Positions 11,063 to 25,619 of a stretch of DNA of 64,000 bases are shown one piece after another. The position numbers and the translations under genes are program-made. The stretch is from Malacoraja senta (Eukaryota), in assembly GCA_038087875.1 (NCBI GenBank), contig JAXLNO010005103.1:186001-250000 (forward strand). The letters run 5' to 3'. The stretch's first letter is position 1, and the number at the start of each line of letters is the position of its first letter. Below the pieces are notes generated by a model that had not been told where the DNA came from, ran no database searches, and was given only the letters and a program-made list of their open reading frames with translations.

Positions 11063-14000
11063 TCCAAGAATTTAATATGTTCCTCCCTCTGACTCTTGAG
11101 ATTCCTCCTTATCCCTTTCTAAAGATACATCATGTTATTCTGAGAAATGTGCTTGCCAAGACCATGGCATCTGCAGTTTTAGTCTCCTGATCTTAGGAAG
11201 AATGTTCTTGTTATGGAGGGAGTGCTGTGAAGGTTCAGCAGATTTCAGGGATGGGAGGACTAATGTATGAAGGGCGATTTGGGCGATTAGTTTTACATTG
11301 TGATTAGGACCATTCAAAATCAACTACAACATTCTTATGGGTCTGTACAGATTGAAGAGAGTCAAGAGTGTTTTATTGTCATATGTCCCAGATAGTACAA
11401 TGAAATTCTTACTCGCTGCAGCACAATGGAATATGTAAACATAGTACATGGTAAACAATATGAAAAACGAGAAAGAGAAAAACAAAATCAATGTGCACAT
11501 ATATATATATATACACACACACACAAACATATATGTGTAGAAAAGTACGCATACATATATTCAAGAGGGAAATCCGGTCAGTTCAGGATCCAGTGGTCAC
11601 AATCTGATGGTCAGGCTTCAAGTTGAGATGAAGAGCGATTACTTCTCCCACAGAATGATGAAGGTGTGGAATGTTATACCACTGGAAGCAGTTGAACACA
11701 GATCATTGAATTTATACAAGGAGTTATATGTTATTTGTATGGTCAAAGGATCAGAGAAACAAAAGGATCAAGCTATAAATTTTAGGTCACAATTGATCAC
11801 ATGGAATAATAGTTCAGGCTCAAATGCCTGAATTCCTATTACTTTTATATTCTGCATTTCAACATTTTTATATTTATCGTGGCCACATTTCCTCTGCATT
11901 AAAGAACATGATAACTGGGATGCTTAAAAGGAACCGAGACCCTGGTGCCAATGCCTTTTTGCAGATGCATACATTGGTTTGGTGTTCACAAAGCGAGGAC
12001 AAATCAGAAATAATTTTCTGAACACGCCATCCATTGCTATTTCAATGTGCTTACCCAAGATACAAAAAAATAATACTATATTAATCTATATTAAAAAATG
12101 TTTGGATAAAATAAACAAAACACGGTCATCGAATGTCCCTGGGTAAGTCGTCCACCCCCTGCCCTCCACCCCTTTGAGAAGTGGCTGAAGGGTGATATTA
12201 AAATACATAAAGCTTTTAAATGAATCACTATGGTGAAAACATTTCCACCATAAAATCCAGCAGGGAATTCGACAGAGAATGCTCCCTCTCCTCCCCTCCC
12301 ACCCAATACTGGTGAGAATGAGGATCCAGATCAATGAATTGCATTTAGGGGACGGCTGGGCAAACACAAAAGAGAAAAGAATAGTCGGTTCTACATTGGA
12401 GAATCCAGCATAGACTTGCCAACCATGTTGCAGATCGCATAAGGTGGGAAGAGGCTCATGTGGACCATATGCAGCAGTATTGGCAGGATCGGCAGAGTGG
12501 CCTGTTCCTACACACTTGTCTCCACTACAACCTTGTATTACTTTGACTGCCAATTCATTTTTGATCATTTTGTTCCCATTCATTCTTTAAAAAATACAAA
12601 ATCAACTTTGACGTAAGATAACTGTGATTGATGCTGTTGCAAATAAATGGAGGCCTTACATTTTCTTAACAACAATTTAATTTTGCGCCTTGCATATTGT
12701 ATCTTTCATATTATATCTTGCACATTCCATATATCTTGCCTTTACTTCGCAACATGAAGCCACTATAAAACAGGGTGCAATCCAATGTGTTTACTTGGAT
12801 TTCATGCCAATCTATTTCCAAAAATCTTATAATCAATGGTCTATTCATCAAGCACATTCTACAGGCAACTATTATTAGGTGAAATCTCAAGAGCAGAACT
12901 TGTACCAAATGAGCCACATAAAATGAACTTGATCACTGTGCCACCAATCACTGTGGACAATTTTATATTCATATGGATGATAAATTCTTTGCATTAGATT
13001 AGAAATGTACAAAGTACAAACAATCAAGACTTTTTGACATCATCAAATAACCAAGTGTTATGTAACAACATTTATTGGTGCTGTGTCTCAGACTAAATGC
13101 AGTGTTAAAACAAAATATATTCTATCCAATAATGACTGTAGCTAATGGAATCTGCAACTAAAAACAGAAGACTGAAAGCATTCAATGGCTCAAGCAAAAT
13201 TATTGGGACAAATGGTTGATGTCACAAATAGGGTCAAGAACCTGCACCAGACCTGTGAGGGAAGAGGATGAATTGCCAATATATAGCAATCAGGGAGGAA
13301 TAGGACAGAGGCTGGTAGATCAAACGTAGAACCAGGTGGGGAGAGGATAATGGGTAGATGGAAACAGGTAGGAGAGGAGGAGGAAGAGGTGAACAACAGG
13401 AGAATAAACTGTTCAAATGAGACAGAGGTTCACTTGCACCTCTTTCAACTTTCTCTACTGCATTCATTGCTCACACTGCGGAGAAACTAGCTTAGATGTC
13501 AACCATTTTGTAGAGCACATCCCTTTGAAGTAAAGATCATCCTGAGATCTGTTGTATGGTATTTTAATACCCCTTCCCACTCTCACACTCACCCATCTGT
13601 CGTTAACCTTGGGCACAGAAAGTTTTAAGTAAAATATCTGATAATCCACCTGGGTAACTTACAAGCCGATGGTATGAATATAAAGTTTTCACATTTCAGC
13701 TTATCCATACCACTGGTGTTCATTTGTTCTCCCACAACCACCCATACACCAACTTTGCTCCATCTGCCCATCATCCCCTCCCCAGCTGATTCCACCTGCC
13801 ACTTACCAGTCTCTGCCCCATTCCTCCTTCAAACTGTTAGAATCTTCCCATCCTCTCATTCAATTCTAATGCAGTGCCTTGCCTTGAAATGTTGGTATAT
13901 GTCAGTTGCCTCCACAGATGCTGTTTGACCAAGTACTTCCACTGGCCTTTCTTTAGTCTACAATTCTTGTTGGAAATAACCACAAAGTCTTACTCTATCT

Positions 14001-14116
14001 ATAATTGAAACCATTTAATTGGTGCTTAGAGAGCTTTCTAAAATCATGAGGGCGATTGATCAGGATTTATTTTACCCAGGGTAGGGTAATCAGGAACCAG
14101 CAAAAACAGGTTTAAG

Positions 14117-14751
14117 CAGTGTTCAATGCTAATTTTTTAGGTGTCGGAGCTGTCAAACAGGGGCATTTCAGATTTTGCTGGGGGGGGGGGGGGCAAGCCA
14201 GTCTCCCTAGAGGGTCAAACAAGATTATAGCCTATTACTACATCCCAGTGTATAGCTAGCACATTAAAACATATAATACAATTTAATTATGACAAAATAT
14301 TGCACCGTTGCACTCACTGATTATCATGAAATATAATTATGAAGCAAGTAAAGAAAAAGACGGTTATCATGTATTTTTACAGAGGTGCCGGCAAGACACC
14401 GACTCGCCCTGACTATCCTGCAGCTCTGGGCCTTCACACACACACACACTCTCACCCTCACACCCATTCACCCTCACACCAACCCACTCACCCACCCACC
14501 AGAGTTCCAGGCTCAGCTCCAGGCCCACAACCACAAACGATGCACACATCACATGGTCTGTCTCTGCTGCATCATAGTGTTCCCCTCCTCCTACAGGGAA
14601 CCTCAGTAGTGATGGGTCTTCCCCTTACCCCTCTTTTAATCAGGTTACCCCGACCACACATCCGCTAGTTAAAATTCCACGCTGTTTATTTTTTCTTTAA
14701 CAGAGGTGCCGGATCGGTGCTCAGGTGAGCTCCGGCAGCACTGCACCCCTG
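14117..14751. mobile_element. Non-autonomous hAT element inserted in a CR1 remnant
   Basis: 8-bp TSD ggtttaag (14109-14116, 14752-14759); imperfect CAG..CTG TIRs. Confidence 0.82.
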
Positions 14752-15672
14752 GGTTTAAGGTGAGGAGGAAGATTTAGTAGGAACCTGAGAGGCAACCTTT
14801 TCTACTAAGAGGTTACTGGGTGTATGGAATGAGCTGCCAGCGAAGGCAGAATAACAACATTGAAAAGACACTTGGACAGGTACATGGATAGAACATGTTG
14901 AGAGGAAAGTGGGCCAAACGCTGGCAAATGTGACTAACCTAAATGTAGCATCTTGTTCAGCTTGGAGCATTAGGCTGAAGTACCTACTTCCATGCTATAT
15001 GGCTCTATGACTCTTTGTTAGATGAACATAAACATGGCAAATGGAGTTTAATAATGGAAAATATGTGCTCACACACTTTGGTAAGAGCAATTCAAAGGAA
15101 GCTATTATCTAAATGGAGTGAGATTGCAAATGAGTGGAGTACAAGAGATTCAAGTGCTTAAAGTGCAAAACAAAAAGCCAGCAGATAGATGCAGCACACA
15201 ACTCAGAAGGTGAGTAGCATTGAAAGGTAGGTTACTATTGTAATTATGGTACATGATGTTGCTAAGGACAAATCAGGAGCACTGTGCACAGCTTGGTCCT
15301 CAAATTTAAGAAAGGATATATTAATATTGGATATCAGCTAGAAGAGATTTCTGGAATAAGCAAGTGTTGCCTAACCATGAATGGCTGAAATCACTGGTTC
15401 TGTGTCCCTTGGAGATGACAAGAAACAGAATTAACCTTATGAATGTATTAAAGAGGCATGATGTGGTGGTGAATTGATGGATAATGCGTGGATATATTCT
15501 AAAAGAACAGGGAATTGTGTCTTATGTGGAATAAGCACAGTAAAGGAGTTGAGGCATCAGTCATATCAGTTGTAATCAACATAAATTGCTAGATAGCTCT
15601 AATTTGTACAAATGCAGGGCAGACTATTGAGAATTTCTGTCATGTTTGATAAACTTAATTTAACTCTTTCCA

Positions 15673-15678
15673 TTTATT
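15673..15678 (-). terminator. Candidate polyadenylation signal AATAAA of the class I-like gene
   Basis: tttatt on + strand just downstream of the predicted stop codon. Confidence 0.5.
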
Positions 15679-15729
15679 TCAGTTCCTGCGTTTAAATCAC
15701 ATCCATGAAATCTTCTACTCAGCGATTAG

Positions 15730-15770
15730 TTAGCAGTGCACGTTCTGCTTTGGTTGAATATTTTGATAAT
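15730..15770 (-). CDS. Probable terminal cytoplasmic exon (D)YQNIQPKQNVHC*
   Basis: Strong pyrimidine tract and acceptor (tttaacttccctcctcag); phase-1 compatible with the TM donor; TAA followed about 50 nt later by AATAAA. Linkage to the TM exon is inferred. Confidence 0.65.
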
Positions 15771-15899
15771 CTGAGGAGGGAAGTTAAATATTAGACAACA
15801 AAGAAATGGCATAGCAGAGAACAGAACTCAGAAAGATGCAACTAGTTTATTTGCTTTAACTGTTGATTCATCCCACATAACATCTTCCTTCCAGATATA

Positions 15900-16412
15900 A
15901 AGGCACAGCGCCAGACACCTGGGTTTGATCCTGACCACGGGTGATGTCTGTATGGAATTTGTACCTTCTCCCTGTGACTGCATAGGTTTTCTCCAGGCGC
16001 TCCAGTTTCCTCCCACATTCCAAAGACAGATGTGCAGGTTTGTAGGTTAATTGACTTGTGTCCCTAGCTTATGTGGGTGATCGTTGGTTGGTGCGGACTC
16101 AGTAGGGCCGAAGTGTCTGTTTCAATGCTCTCTCTCTAAACTAAACAAAAAACTCAATACTCCTTCAAATAGTTTCGTTCACACAAGTTCTATGTTATCT
16201 AACTTTCGCTTCCACACTAGGGTCAAATTACAGAGACCAATTAACCCATAAAACCTGGCATCTTTAGTATGTGTGTGAAAACTGGAGGACAGTGGAAACC
16301 CATGCGGTCATAGGGAATACATGCAAACTTCACACAGCCGACAACCGAGGTTAGGATTGAACTGATGTGTATGACGCACTGAGGCAGCAGCTCTATCAGC
16401 AGCGCCACTCTG
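15900..16412. mobile_element. Tail-to-tail pair of V-SINEs (+ then -) just upstream of the terminal-exon acceptor
   Basis: 15900-16150 forward, about 16170-16412 reverse; both carry the V-domain. Confidence 0.75.
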
Positions 16413-16949
16413 CCTCAGGTTGCGTCATGTTCAGCACAAACATTGTTGGACAAAGGACCTGTTCCTCTATTACAGGGGCATTCCCATTCACCGTAAAATT
16501 CAGCGAACTCAGCACCATTGGGTCACTGGAAATATTCCCTGCCTGACCATCAGATCCCTCCAGATCAGTCGGACAGACACCAGTTAGGCAGCATCTGCCT
16601 GCAAATGATTCATGTCCCTCAAACCCCTGCATCTCCATGCACCCACGAAGGTGCACCCCAGACGCCACCATCCCTGGCAGTGCTTTCCAGGCACACACCA
16701 CATAGTATGTAATAAAAACTTGCCCTTTTTAAAAACTGCAGCTTCTACCCTGCACTGAATATAATGCAATAATTTAAATGCCATAGTAGGCATTTAGTTA
16801 ATTGGGATAATTTTAGTCAATTGGGAGGTGTGATTGCAAATCTTGTACAATATCATAAACCAAGTAAAATGTGACAAAGTCAAAATGGCCAGGCACAAAG
16901 AACAGAATAATCATGAACATCAATAACATGTCAGTAGCTAGACTCTCCT

Positions 16950-19900
16950 AGTGGCAGCATGCTGTAAGGTTGCAAACTCGTTTGCTCCCTTAATTTTTAA
17001 CTTCCACTCACCACTCTTTCAATGTTACTGGTGACTATTTGACTTCAAGACACCGTCTAACTGTTCATAAAGTGTTGATAACACTTTTACACGCCTTAAT
17101 CGTGAAAAGGATGGAGACAAGAAGGAAAGGAGGATCCCCAAAGAAGGAACTGGGGAAAGCCACAACCACAGCTGCAGCTTCTGATTCCAGCATCATAGAA
17201 GCAATATCGAAAATGAACGATGAATTGAAAAATGAGCTGAAAAATGAAATGAAAACAAGATTTGGCAGTTTGGAAGAAATGGTGAAAGGAGTTTCGACCA
17301 AATTGAAGGAAGTCCAAGGAATACTGTCTTTGTTACAAGATGAACTTCGTGAACAAAAGGATCAAATTGATATCTTGCGCACCCTGGGACAGGCGAGAGA
17401 TTTGAAGATTGAAAAATTGGAACGGCGAATGAATGAAAACACTCGAGCACTTCAGCAATACAAGTCTAAAAATATGGACTTAGAAAACAGAAGCCATCGT
17501 TTGAATTGACGAATTGTTGGTTTGCCGGAAGGCCAAGAAGGAAATAACGTTATAAAATATGCTTCTAAAATGATAAAGGAAACATTCAACATTGAGCACA
17601 ATGAAAACCTTCCGTTCATGGATAACGCACACAGGATTGGGAAGAGATCCGGTAATAAACCGAGACACTTGATCATTCGGTTTCATTTTTTTCAAATGAA
17701 GGAGAATATTCTCCAGGCAGCAAAAATGTTTGGTGTGATTGAATATGAAGGATGTAAGTTTCGGTTTGTCCCTGATTATAGTTACGAGCTTTTGGAAATA
17801 AGAAAGACTTTTTATAATGTAATGTCTGATTTACATAAGAAAAACTGCGCCCAGCTTTATTGTCACCAGCTAGATTGCGTATTCGGCTTTTCAATGGTAA
17901 CTTTTGATTTTTTAACAGTCCTCAAGACGCCTCCAGCTGCGTCTGAAGAGCTACGACGAGGAAGGGGAGTAATTGATAGCTGATTAAGTTATAATTGGAG
18001 ATTTACTGTTCCTATTTTGACAACATTTCGTTTGGTAATGATTAAGAATTTAACTGGACGAGTTGTTTTTCGTTTATATATATTCTTTTAAGAATTTCTT
18101 TGTTAATTCGTGTTCTCCTGTCGTTAGACAAACTAAGAGAACGCAGTTCTTGTTTTTCATATCTTGACCTTGGATAATAATAAGCAGCATTCCATGCCAG
18201 TCTGTATTTTTTTTTCTTCTCTCTCAAAGAGATAATAACGAATGTGCTATGACGTAATGGTTAAATATTATTCATTTTATGCTGAGCGCTGTTACTGGGA
18301 GAGATGGGATCATGGAGGGGATTAGGTAGTTTGCTGACTGTCTTTTGGTCAGTTTGGGGTTCTACAGGGGTGGGAGGGGGGAGGGGGGAGGGGTCTTTTG
18401 TTCCTTATTTAGTGATCTCCATTTGTGCAAATTCTGAACTACAAAATTGGCTGAAATGTCGTCACCTGGCTCCGCCCTAGATTTTACTTCTTCCAGTATT
18501 ATGAACTTTTAGGCTTCAAGAAATTAACCCATTACATCCCACATGATTTTTACAAGCAATATGGATAAAGTTCCTTTCATGGAATGTGAATGGCTTGAAC
18601 CATCCGATTAAGAGGATTTAAAAAAAAAAGTTCTTCACAGACTAAATGCTCAGATTATCTTTGTTCAGGAAACTCATGTAAGGCAAGATGACAAGTCACG
18701 ATTTTTCAAGTTTTGGAGAGGACAGCAGTTTCATTCAAATTCACAGGCTAAGGGGAAAGGAGTCTCTATTTTTATCGACCCCTCAATTCCGTTTGTTCAG
18801 CATGAAACAATTTCTGATCCATATGGCAGATTCTTGGTGATTACCGGTGTCCTTTATAGGCAAAAGGTCGCTATGGTGAATGTCTATGCACCAAATATTG
18901 ATCACCCTGAGTTTTTTAAACAGTTAATTGCATCCTTTCCTAATTTAAATGAACACTTTTTAATAGTGGGTGGAGACTTCAATTGCTGTTTGAATCCCTC
19001 GATTGATAGATCTACATCTGATCATGTGCTTCCAAATAAATCAGCTAATTTTATTAATTATTTTTTACTTGACTCGGGAATGTTAGAAATTTGGAGATTC
19101 TTACACGCAAATGACAAAGAATTTTCATTTTTCTCTCATGTATATCATAGTTATTCTAGGATCGACTATTTTATACTAGATTCTCGGCTAGTTCCATCGG
19201 TCATTGCATGTGAGTATGATACAATTGCTATTTCTGATCATGCACCAGTGAAACTATTGATCAAACTACCTGATTCCAAGTTTAGTGCTAAACAATGGCG
19301 ATTTAATACTACTTTGCTTCAAGACTTAAACTTTATTAAGTTTATGAAAGATCAGATTGCTTTTTACTTCTTGACAAACTCTAATGAAGAGATATCCAAT
19401 GATATAGTTTGGGATGCTTTTAAGGCATATATTCATGGACAAATTATTTCATACTCCGCGGGATTAAAAAAACAAACACAAAAAGAAATACACACATTGG
19501 CTGACGAGATTAAAGAAATTGATAAAAAATATTCAAAAGCTCCTAGTTTAGAGCTCTATAAGAATAGAGTTGAACTTCAATTGAGATATGATTTGTTATT
19601 AGTATCACCGATTGAGAACCAGTTACGTAAAACCAAAAGTAAATTTTATATAAATGGCAAAAATCTGGTAAATTACTTGCTAATCAATTGAAAGCAGTGT
19701 CGGCCAAGAGTCAGATTACTAAAGTGAGTAAACGGGATGGTACAGTAACTGTAGACCATGATGAAATTAATAAATCCTTTCAGGAATTTTATACCTCCCT
19801 ATACCAATCAGATTTTCCTACTGATTCCAATATAATGCATGAGTTTTTAAAGAAACTGAACTTACCAAATTTACCATACAATGAGTCTCTGTTGTTAGAT

Positions 19901-22790
19901 GAACCCATCACGGAAGAAGAAATACAGAAAGCAATTTTTTCAATGAATTCTGGTAAAACTCCCGGTTTAGATGGGTTTACAGTAGAATTTTTAAAGTATT
20001 TCTCAAATTTATTGTCTCCATGGCTATGCAAGGTATTTAAAGAAGCCTTTTTTAAGGAATAGATTACCACAATCTTTTTATGAAGCTTCTATTTCTTTAA
20101 TTTAAAAAAAAGATAAAGACCCTACTGAAGTGACATCATATAGACCTATATCAATGTTAAATGTAGATTTTAAAATTATTTCCAAAATATTAGCTATGAG
20201 ATTGGAAAAGATTTTACCGTAAATTATCTCTGAAGATCAGACAGGTTTTATTAAAAATCGTTACTCATTCTTTAATGTTAGGAGATTAATAAATATTGTA
20301 CATACAGCGTCTAATAAAACCCCAGAATGTGTCATCTCACTTGATGCCGAGAAGGTTATTGATAGAGTAGAATGGAATACTTATTCAATATACTTGAAAA
20401 AGTTAAGATTGGTCAAAAATTTATCTCTTGGATCAAACTGATATATCTTATACCTCAGGCTTCTGTATTTACTAATAATCAGAGATCCCCTTTTTTCAGG
20501 CTCTTTCAAGGTACTAGACAGGGCTGTCCCTTAAGTCCTTTACTATTTGATATTGCTTTGGAAACTTTAGCCACTGCTATTAGGGAATCCCCTAATATTT
20601 TTGGTATTGTCCGGGGGAATAAGACACATAAGCTATCTCTTTATGCAGATGATCTGTTATTATTTATTTCTAACCCTGAGAAATCTATTCCGGCAATAGT
20701 AGCATTACTTAATCAATTCAGTAGTTTTTCTGGTTATAAACTAAACCTTAGTAAGAGTGAGCTTTCCCATTAAATAAATTTGTTTCGAGTTATGGACAGC
20801 TTTCATTTAGATTGACTACCGAAAGTTTTACTTATTTAGGTATTAAGATCGCCAAGAAACACAAGGATTTATTTAAAGCTAATTTTATTCCTTTAATTGA
20901 CCATATTAAACATCAGTTCACTAAATTGTCACCAATGTCCTTATCCTTAATTGGCCGAATCAATGCTATTAAAATGTTCATTTTACCTACATTTCTGTAT
21001 TTATTTCAGACGATACCAATTTTTATTGCCAAATCTTTCTTTGATATTATAGACTCTAAAATTTCTTCATATATATGGCAGAATAAAAATCCCAGACTAG
21101 GTAAAAAATACCTACAGAAATCAAAAAAAGTTGGTGGTTTGGCATTGCCGAACCTTAGACTCTACTATTGGGCAGTCAATGTTAGTTATTTAACATTTTG
21201 GACAAAAGATTTAGAAGATACCCAATGCCCTGGATGGATAAACCTAGAATGTGATTCCTTACAAGGTCTATAATTGGCTTCTATTCTAGGGGCCTCGTTA
21301 CCTTTTACAATTACGAGATTGAATAAATATATGATGAACCCAATAATAAGACATACGTTCCGAATACAGTTTCAATTTCATACGTTTTTTAACTATCTGA
21401 TTTTATCCAAATTTCTCTTCCAACCATCTAGTACTGATCAAGTTTTTTTGTTATGGAAGAGGAAGGGATTAGTAGCTTTTCGTAATTTGTTTTTGGAGTG
21501 TTGTTTTATGTCTTTCGAACAACTCTCCAATAAATATAACTTACCTAATTCACACTTTTTTAGATATTTACAAATTAGACAAAAGGAACTACCCCTTTTT
21601 CCGCTACCACATCAACCCGAAATCTTGGATTTTTTTTACAGTTGAACCCTTATCAGAAAGGATTAATAACGACTAATCATGAGTTGATTTTAAAATTGCA
21701 AATAGATACATTTGATAAAATTAAGAATGACTGGGAAAGAGAACTCCAAATTTCTTTATCTATAGAGAAATGGGAGAGGATCCTTCAATTAGTTAATACC
21801 TCTTCAATGTGTGCAAGACACGCTTTGATACAATTCAAGGTGGTCCACAGAGCTCATATGTCAAAAGATAAGTTAGCTCGTTTTTATGGTTATATAAATC
21901 CTACCTGTGACAGATGTAACTCTGAAGTGGCATCACTGACCCATATGTTTTGGTCCTGCCCTATTTTGGAAAAATATTGGAAATACATTTTTGATTCTAT
22001 TTCGGTAGTCTTAGGTATAGATTTACAACCTCATCCTATTACTGCAATTTTTGGGTTACCAATGTTAGATTCTATTCATTTGTCCCACTCCGCCCATCGG
22101 TTGATTGCTTTTACCACATTAATTGCCAGAAGATTTATTTTCTTTAAATGGAAAGATTCCAACCCTCCGACCACACTCCAGTGATATTCTGAAACGATAT
22201 CATGTTTAAATTTAGAAAAAATCAGAAGTGACATTGTTGAACCCTTGGTTAAATTTGATAAGACTTGGGGAAAATTTATAGAACACTTTCATACAACATA
22301 AATTGTTCCCTCTTTAACCTTTATAAAAATTATTTTACCTTCATAGAGTGGAACGGACTTGACGACAAACAGACTTAAATTGTTGAATATCTCAGTTCAG
22401 ATTCGGTTTTGCTCTGTTTTGTTTTATTTATTTATTTACTTTATTTTTATTCTTATTTTATTATTATCAATTTTTTAATTTATTTTTTAGTTTAGGGGGG
22501 TTTTGTTTTTTCTTTTTCTTTTTGTCTTTTTATCTTTGCTTTTTTTAAACATTTATGTTTCCTTTTAAAGATTTAACTACATTTACATAAAGACCGAGAG
22601 GTCTATATTCATTGTGTATTTTGACACTGGTCTCATATTAGGTTATACCTGTTATTAATGTGTTTAATCCTGATCCCTATGTATCAATATCATTGTTATG
22701 TTTATCATTATTCTTTTTGCTCTGTTTTTTATGTTTTATTTTTGTTTTTGATTTTTGGAATAAAGCAATAAAAAAAATTTAAAAGAAAGG
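16950..22790 (+). mobile_element. Decayed full-length L1-clade LINE (different family) in the TM-CYT intron
   Basis: ORF1 pieces 17039-17983; EN/RT pieces about 18570-22184 (GGDFN, SRIDY, GTRQGCPLSP, YADD, CDRC...HMFWSC) with several stops and frameshifts; T-rich 3' UTR and A-rich tail; 5' boundary approximate. Confidence 0.9.
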
Positions 22791-23320
22791 TACTGAATAA
22801 AAAAGTTGGGATGTTCTGCTACAGTTGTACAAGATGTTGGTGAGGCCACATTTGGAGTATTGTGTTAAGTTTTGGTCACTCCACTATCGGAAGGATGTCA
22901 TTAACAGGGCCTGTGATTCAGGGAGAGGATGAGAATGCTTGGACTTTAGTCCTTGGCACGCAAGAGGCTGAGGGGTGATCTTATAGAAGTTTATAAAATC
23001 AAGGAGCATAGATAGATTGAATGCACAGAATCTTTTAACCAGCCTTGTGTAATCAAGAACCAGAGGACTTAGGTTTAAGGTGAGAAGGAAACGAGTTACT
23101 CGGAACCAGAGGAAGTGGAAATATGGAAGAACATTCCAGGGGAAGGAGTTGAGGCAGGTATTAAAACACATTTAGAACACACTTGGACAGGTACATACTG
23201 TAGATAGGAAAGGTTCAGTGAGATATGGGTCAATTCCAGGAAAATTGTAGTTTAAACATGGCATCTTGGTTGGCATGGCTAAGTTGAGGCAAAGGGCCCA
23301 TTTCCATGCCGTATGACTAT
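22790..23320 (+). mobile_element. CR1 3' remnant
   Basis: Degenerate YKSWDVLLQLYKMLVRPHLEYC and RLRGDLIEVYKI, followed by CR1 3' UTR. Confidence 0.75.
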
Positions 23321-24007
23321 GGCACCGTGGGCTTGAAAAGCCAATTCTTTTCCGTTTCACTGCTAAATGATAGTTAATCACCCTCAGTAATAGTGACCAC
23401 AATGGCAGACCCATGACCATGACTGGTTTACAGTGATAATAAGCTAACCATTGCCTCAGTTCAAATATGCATGTCGTTGATGTTCAATGACTAAATTGTT
23501 GCTGCATTCTTAGTTTTGGCAAGGTTCTGATCTGGGTGCTGGAGCTGTTAGACATCTTGATACCATGAAAGCAGAATCTCAATTTCAGGAAATATACTTG
23601 CTGAATGGTGTCTCAGACCAGCAATGCCAGGGAACATTGTATTTTGAAGAGGAAATATTACACAACCAAGGCCAAGTGCTCGAGAAAGCAGCACGTCTGT
23701 TATTTCAATGAAAACTCTGCTCTTCATCCATCTTGTCATTTTGATCACCCAGTTTAGTTTATAATATTGTATAACATTTGCAATCAATTCTCACAGTTTA
23801 TGACATTTACAGCTGGCGTGAAGATGCATCAGTCAATACCTTCTGTCTTCCAATTTAGTTTATTTAATAGAAAGATAGAAACATTAAAAAATAGGTGCAG
23901 GAATAGGCTATTCGGCCCTTTGAGCCATACATGGCTGATCATCCAAAATTAATACTCCGATCTGGCTTTTTCCCCATATCCCTTGATTCCCTTAGCCCTA
24001 AGAGCTA

Positions 24008-24330
24008 AATACTCTCTCTTGAAAACAGTGATACAGTGTGTAAACAGGCCATTTGTGCCACCAAATCCATACTAACCAGCAATCACCCATTCATAATAGA
24101 TTTCCCATCCACTCCTACACTATCAGGGTGTCTTACCAAGGATGATTACCTGCACACCTGCTCATCTTTGGGATATGGGAGGAAACCGGAGCTCCCTGAG
24201 GAAGCCCACATAGTCACAAGAGAATGTGCAAACTCCACGTAGACAGTACCCAAGGTCCAGATTGAACCTGGGTCTCTGGCGTTGTGAGGCAGCAGTTCTA
24301 CCAGCTGCACTACCATGCTGCATTACGTAC
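24008..24330 (-). mobile_element. V-SINE
   Basis: Reverse-complement head and V-domain. Confidence 0.75.
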
Positions 24331-24645
24331 AAACTCTAAATCCTACACTGACTTTCCATCCACTTGTTATATTCAACACAATAACTCCTTTACACAGGAG
24401 GAAAGTGAACTGCAATTCATCACCAGAATATCTCTTACAACAGTGTGATCACAGGCAAGAAACCAGTGATATAGATAATAATACACTAAAACCCTGATCA
24501 TCCAGCTCTCTTGGGATTTGGGAAATGGTAGATTTTAAGGACTGCTGCATGTTACTGCAAACATACTTTAATTCAACTAATTTAAGCACTTGTTGAGCAA
24601 GTCAGTGGTTGAGGTGCATCTGTACACTACTATCAGACTTAAGCG

Positions 24646-25039
24646 TATAAAAAAAAAAACTGAGGTCAGGTAAAGGGTGATGATAGCTGGAAAGTTGGTA
24701 TGTCCCATTTGCGTAATGCTCATAAAAACTATTTGTTTTTCTCTTTCTCCTCTTTCTCTTTCTCCTTCTTTTCTAGGGTCTATTTCTTAACTCTTTTTCT
24801 ATTGTTTTTAATTTTGTTCTTATAGGGTCTTTGTTTTGTCTTGTTGTCACATTTTCTACACTTTCACTTTTTCCTTCACTTTCTTCTTTCTTTCAATCTT
24901 ATCCTTTCCTTTTACTAGTGTAAAAAACAAACGGAGTACATTAATTGTAAGAAGATATAAGTGACGAGTACTAATGTATGTAGTTGTAATGTAATGTACT
25001 TCTAATAAATAAAATTAAAAAAATAAAAATTAAAAAAAG
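24646..25039 (+). mobile_element. 5'-truncated L1 (3' UTR only), same family as 42478-48743
   Basis: 10-bp TSD gacttaagcg (24636-24645, 25040-25049); sequence resembles the reverse complement of 42480-42880; A-rich tail. Confidence 0.88.
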
Positions 25040-25619
25040 GACTTAAGCGGAGGAATACCCATTGTAATTTGCCTGAAGAGTCTCGAACCAGATTGTCACC
25101 TATCCATGGCCTCCAGGGATGTTGCCTGACCTGCTGAGTTACTATAGCACTGTCCCTCACAGTCTTTCCCAATCTTATAAATCAAAAATAGTCAGCATTT
25201 TTCTACATCATAAAGAGTCATGGAAATATGCAGCATACAAACATGGCCTTTGTCCCACTGACCTGCACCAACCATTCATGTACACTAATCCTATATTTAT
25301 CCCACATTCTCATCAGCTCTCCCCACATTGTATCATGCACAATCTAGGGGACAACTAACCTACCAAACAATGTTTTGGGGATGTGGGAGGAAACCAGAGC
25401 ACCTGGGAAAACCCACATGGTCACAGGAACAACATGCAAACTCTACAGATACAACAGCCAATGTCGGTATTTAATTCAGGTCTCTGGCTCTGTGCTGTCC
25501 TGTTTCACATTGTAGTCCACCTGTCATGTTGTTGCTCATTCATTCGGCTTTCCACCTTGAACCATTTCTCCCACTACTCACATTCCCACTTAATTTGGAG
25601 TTTTCCAGCAACAGCAGCC

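Noticed and set aside
12086-12583. 165-aa ORF as a possible missing alpha1/alpha2 exon
   Set aside because: No class I or Ig motifs; overlaps degraded repeat-like sequence
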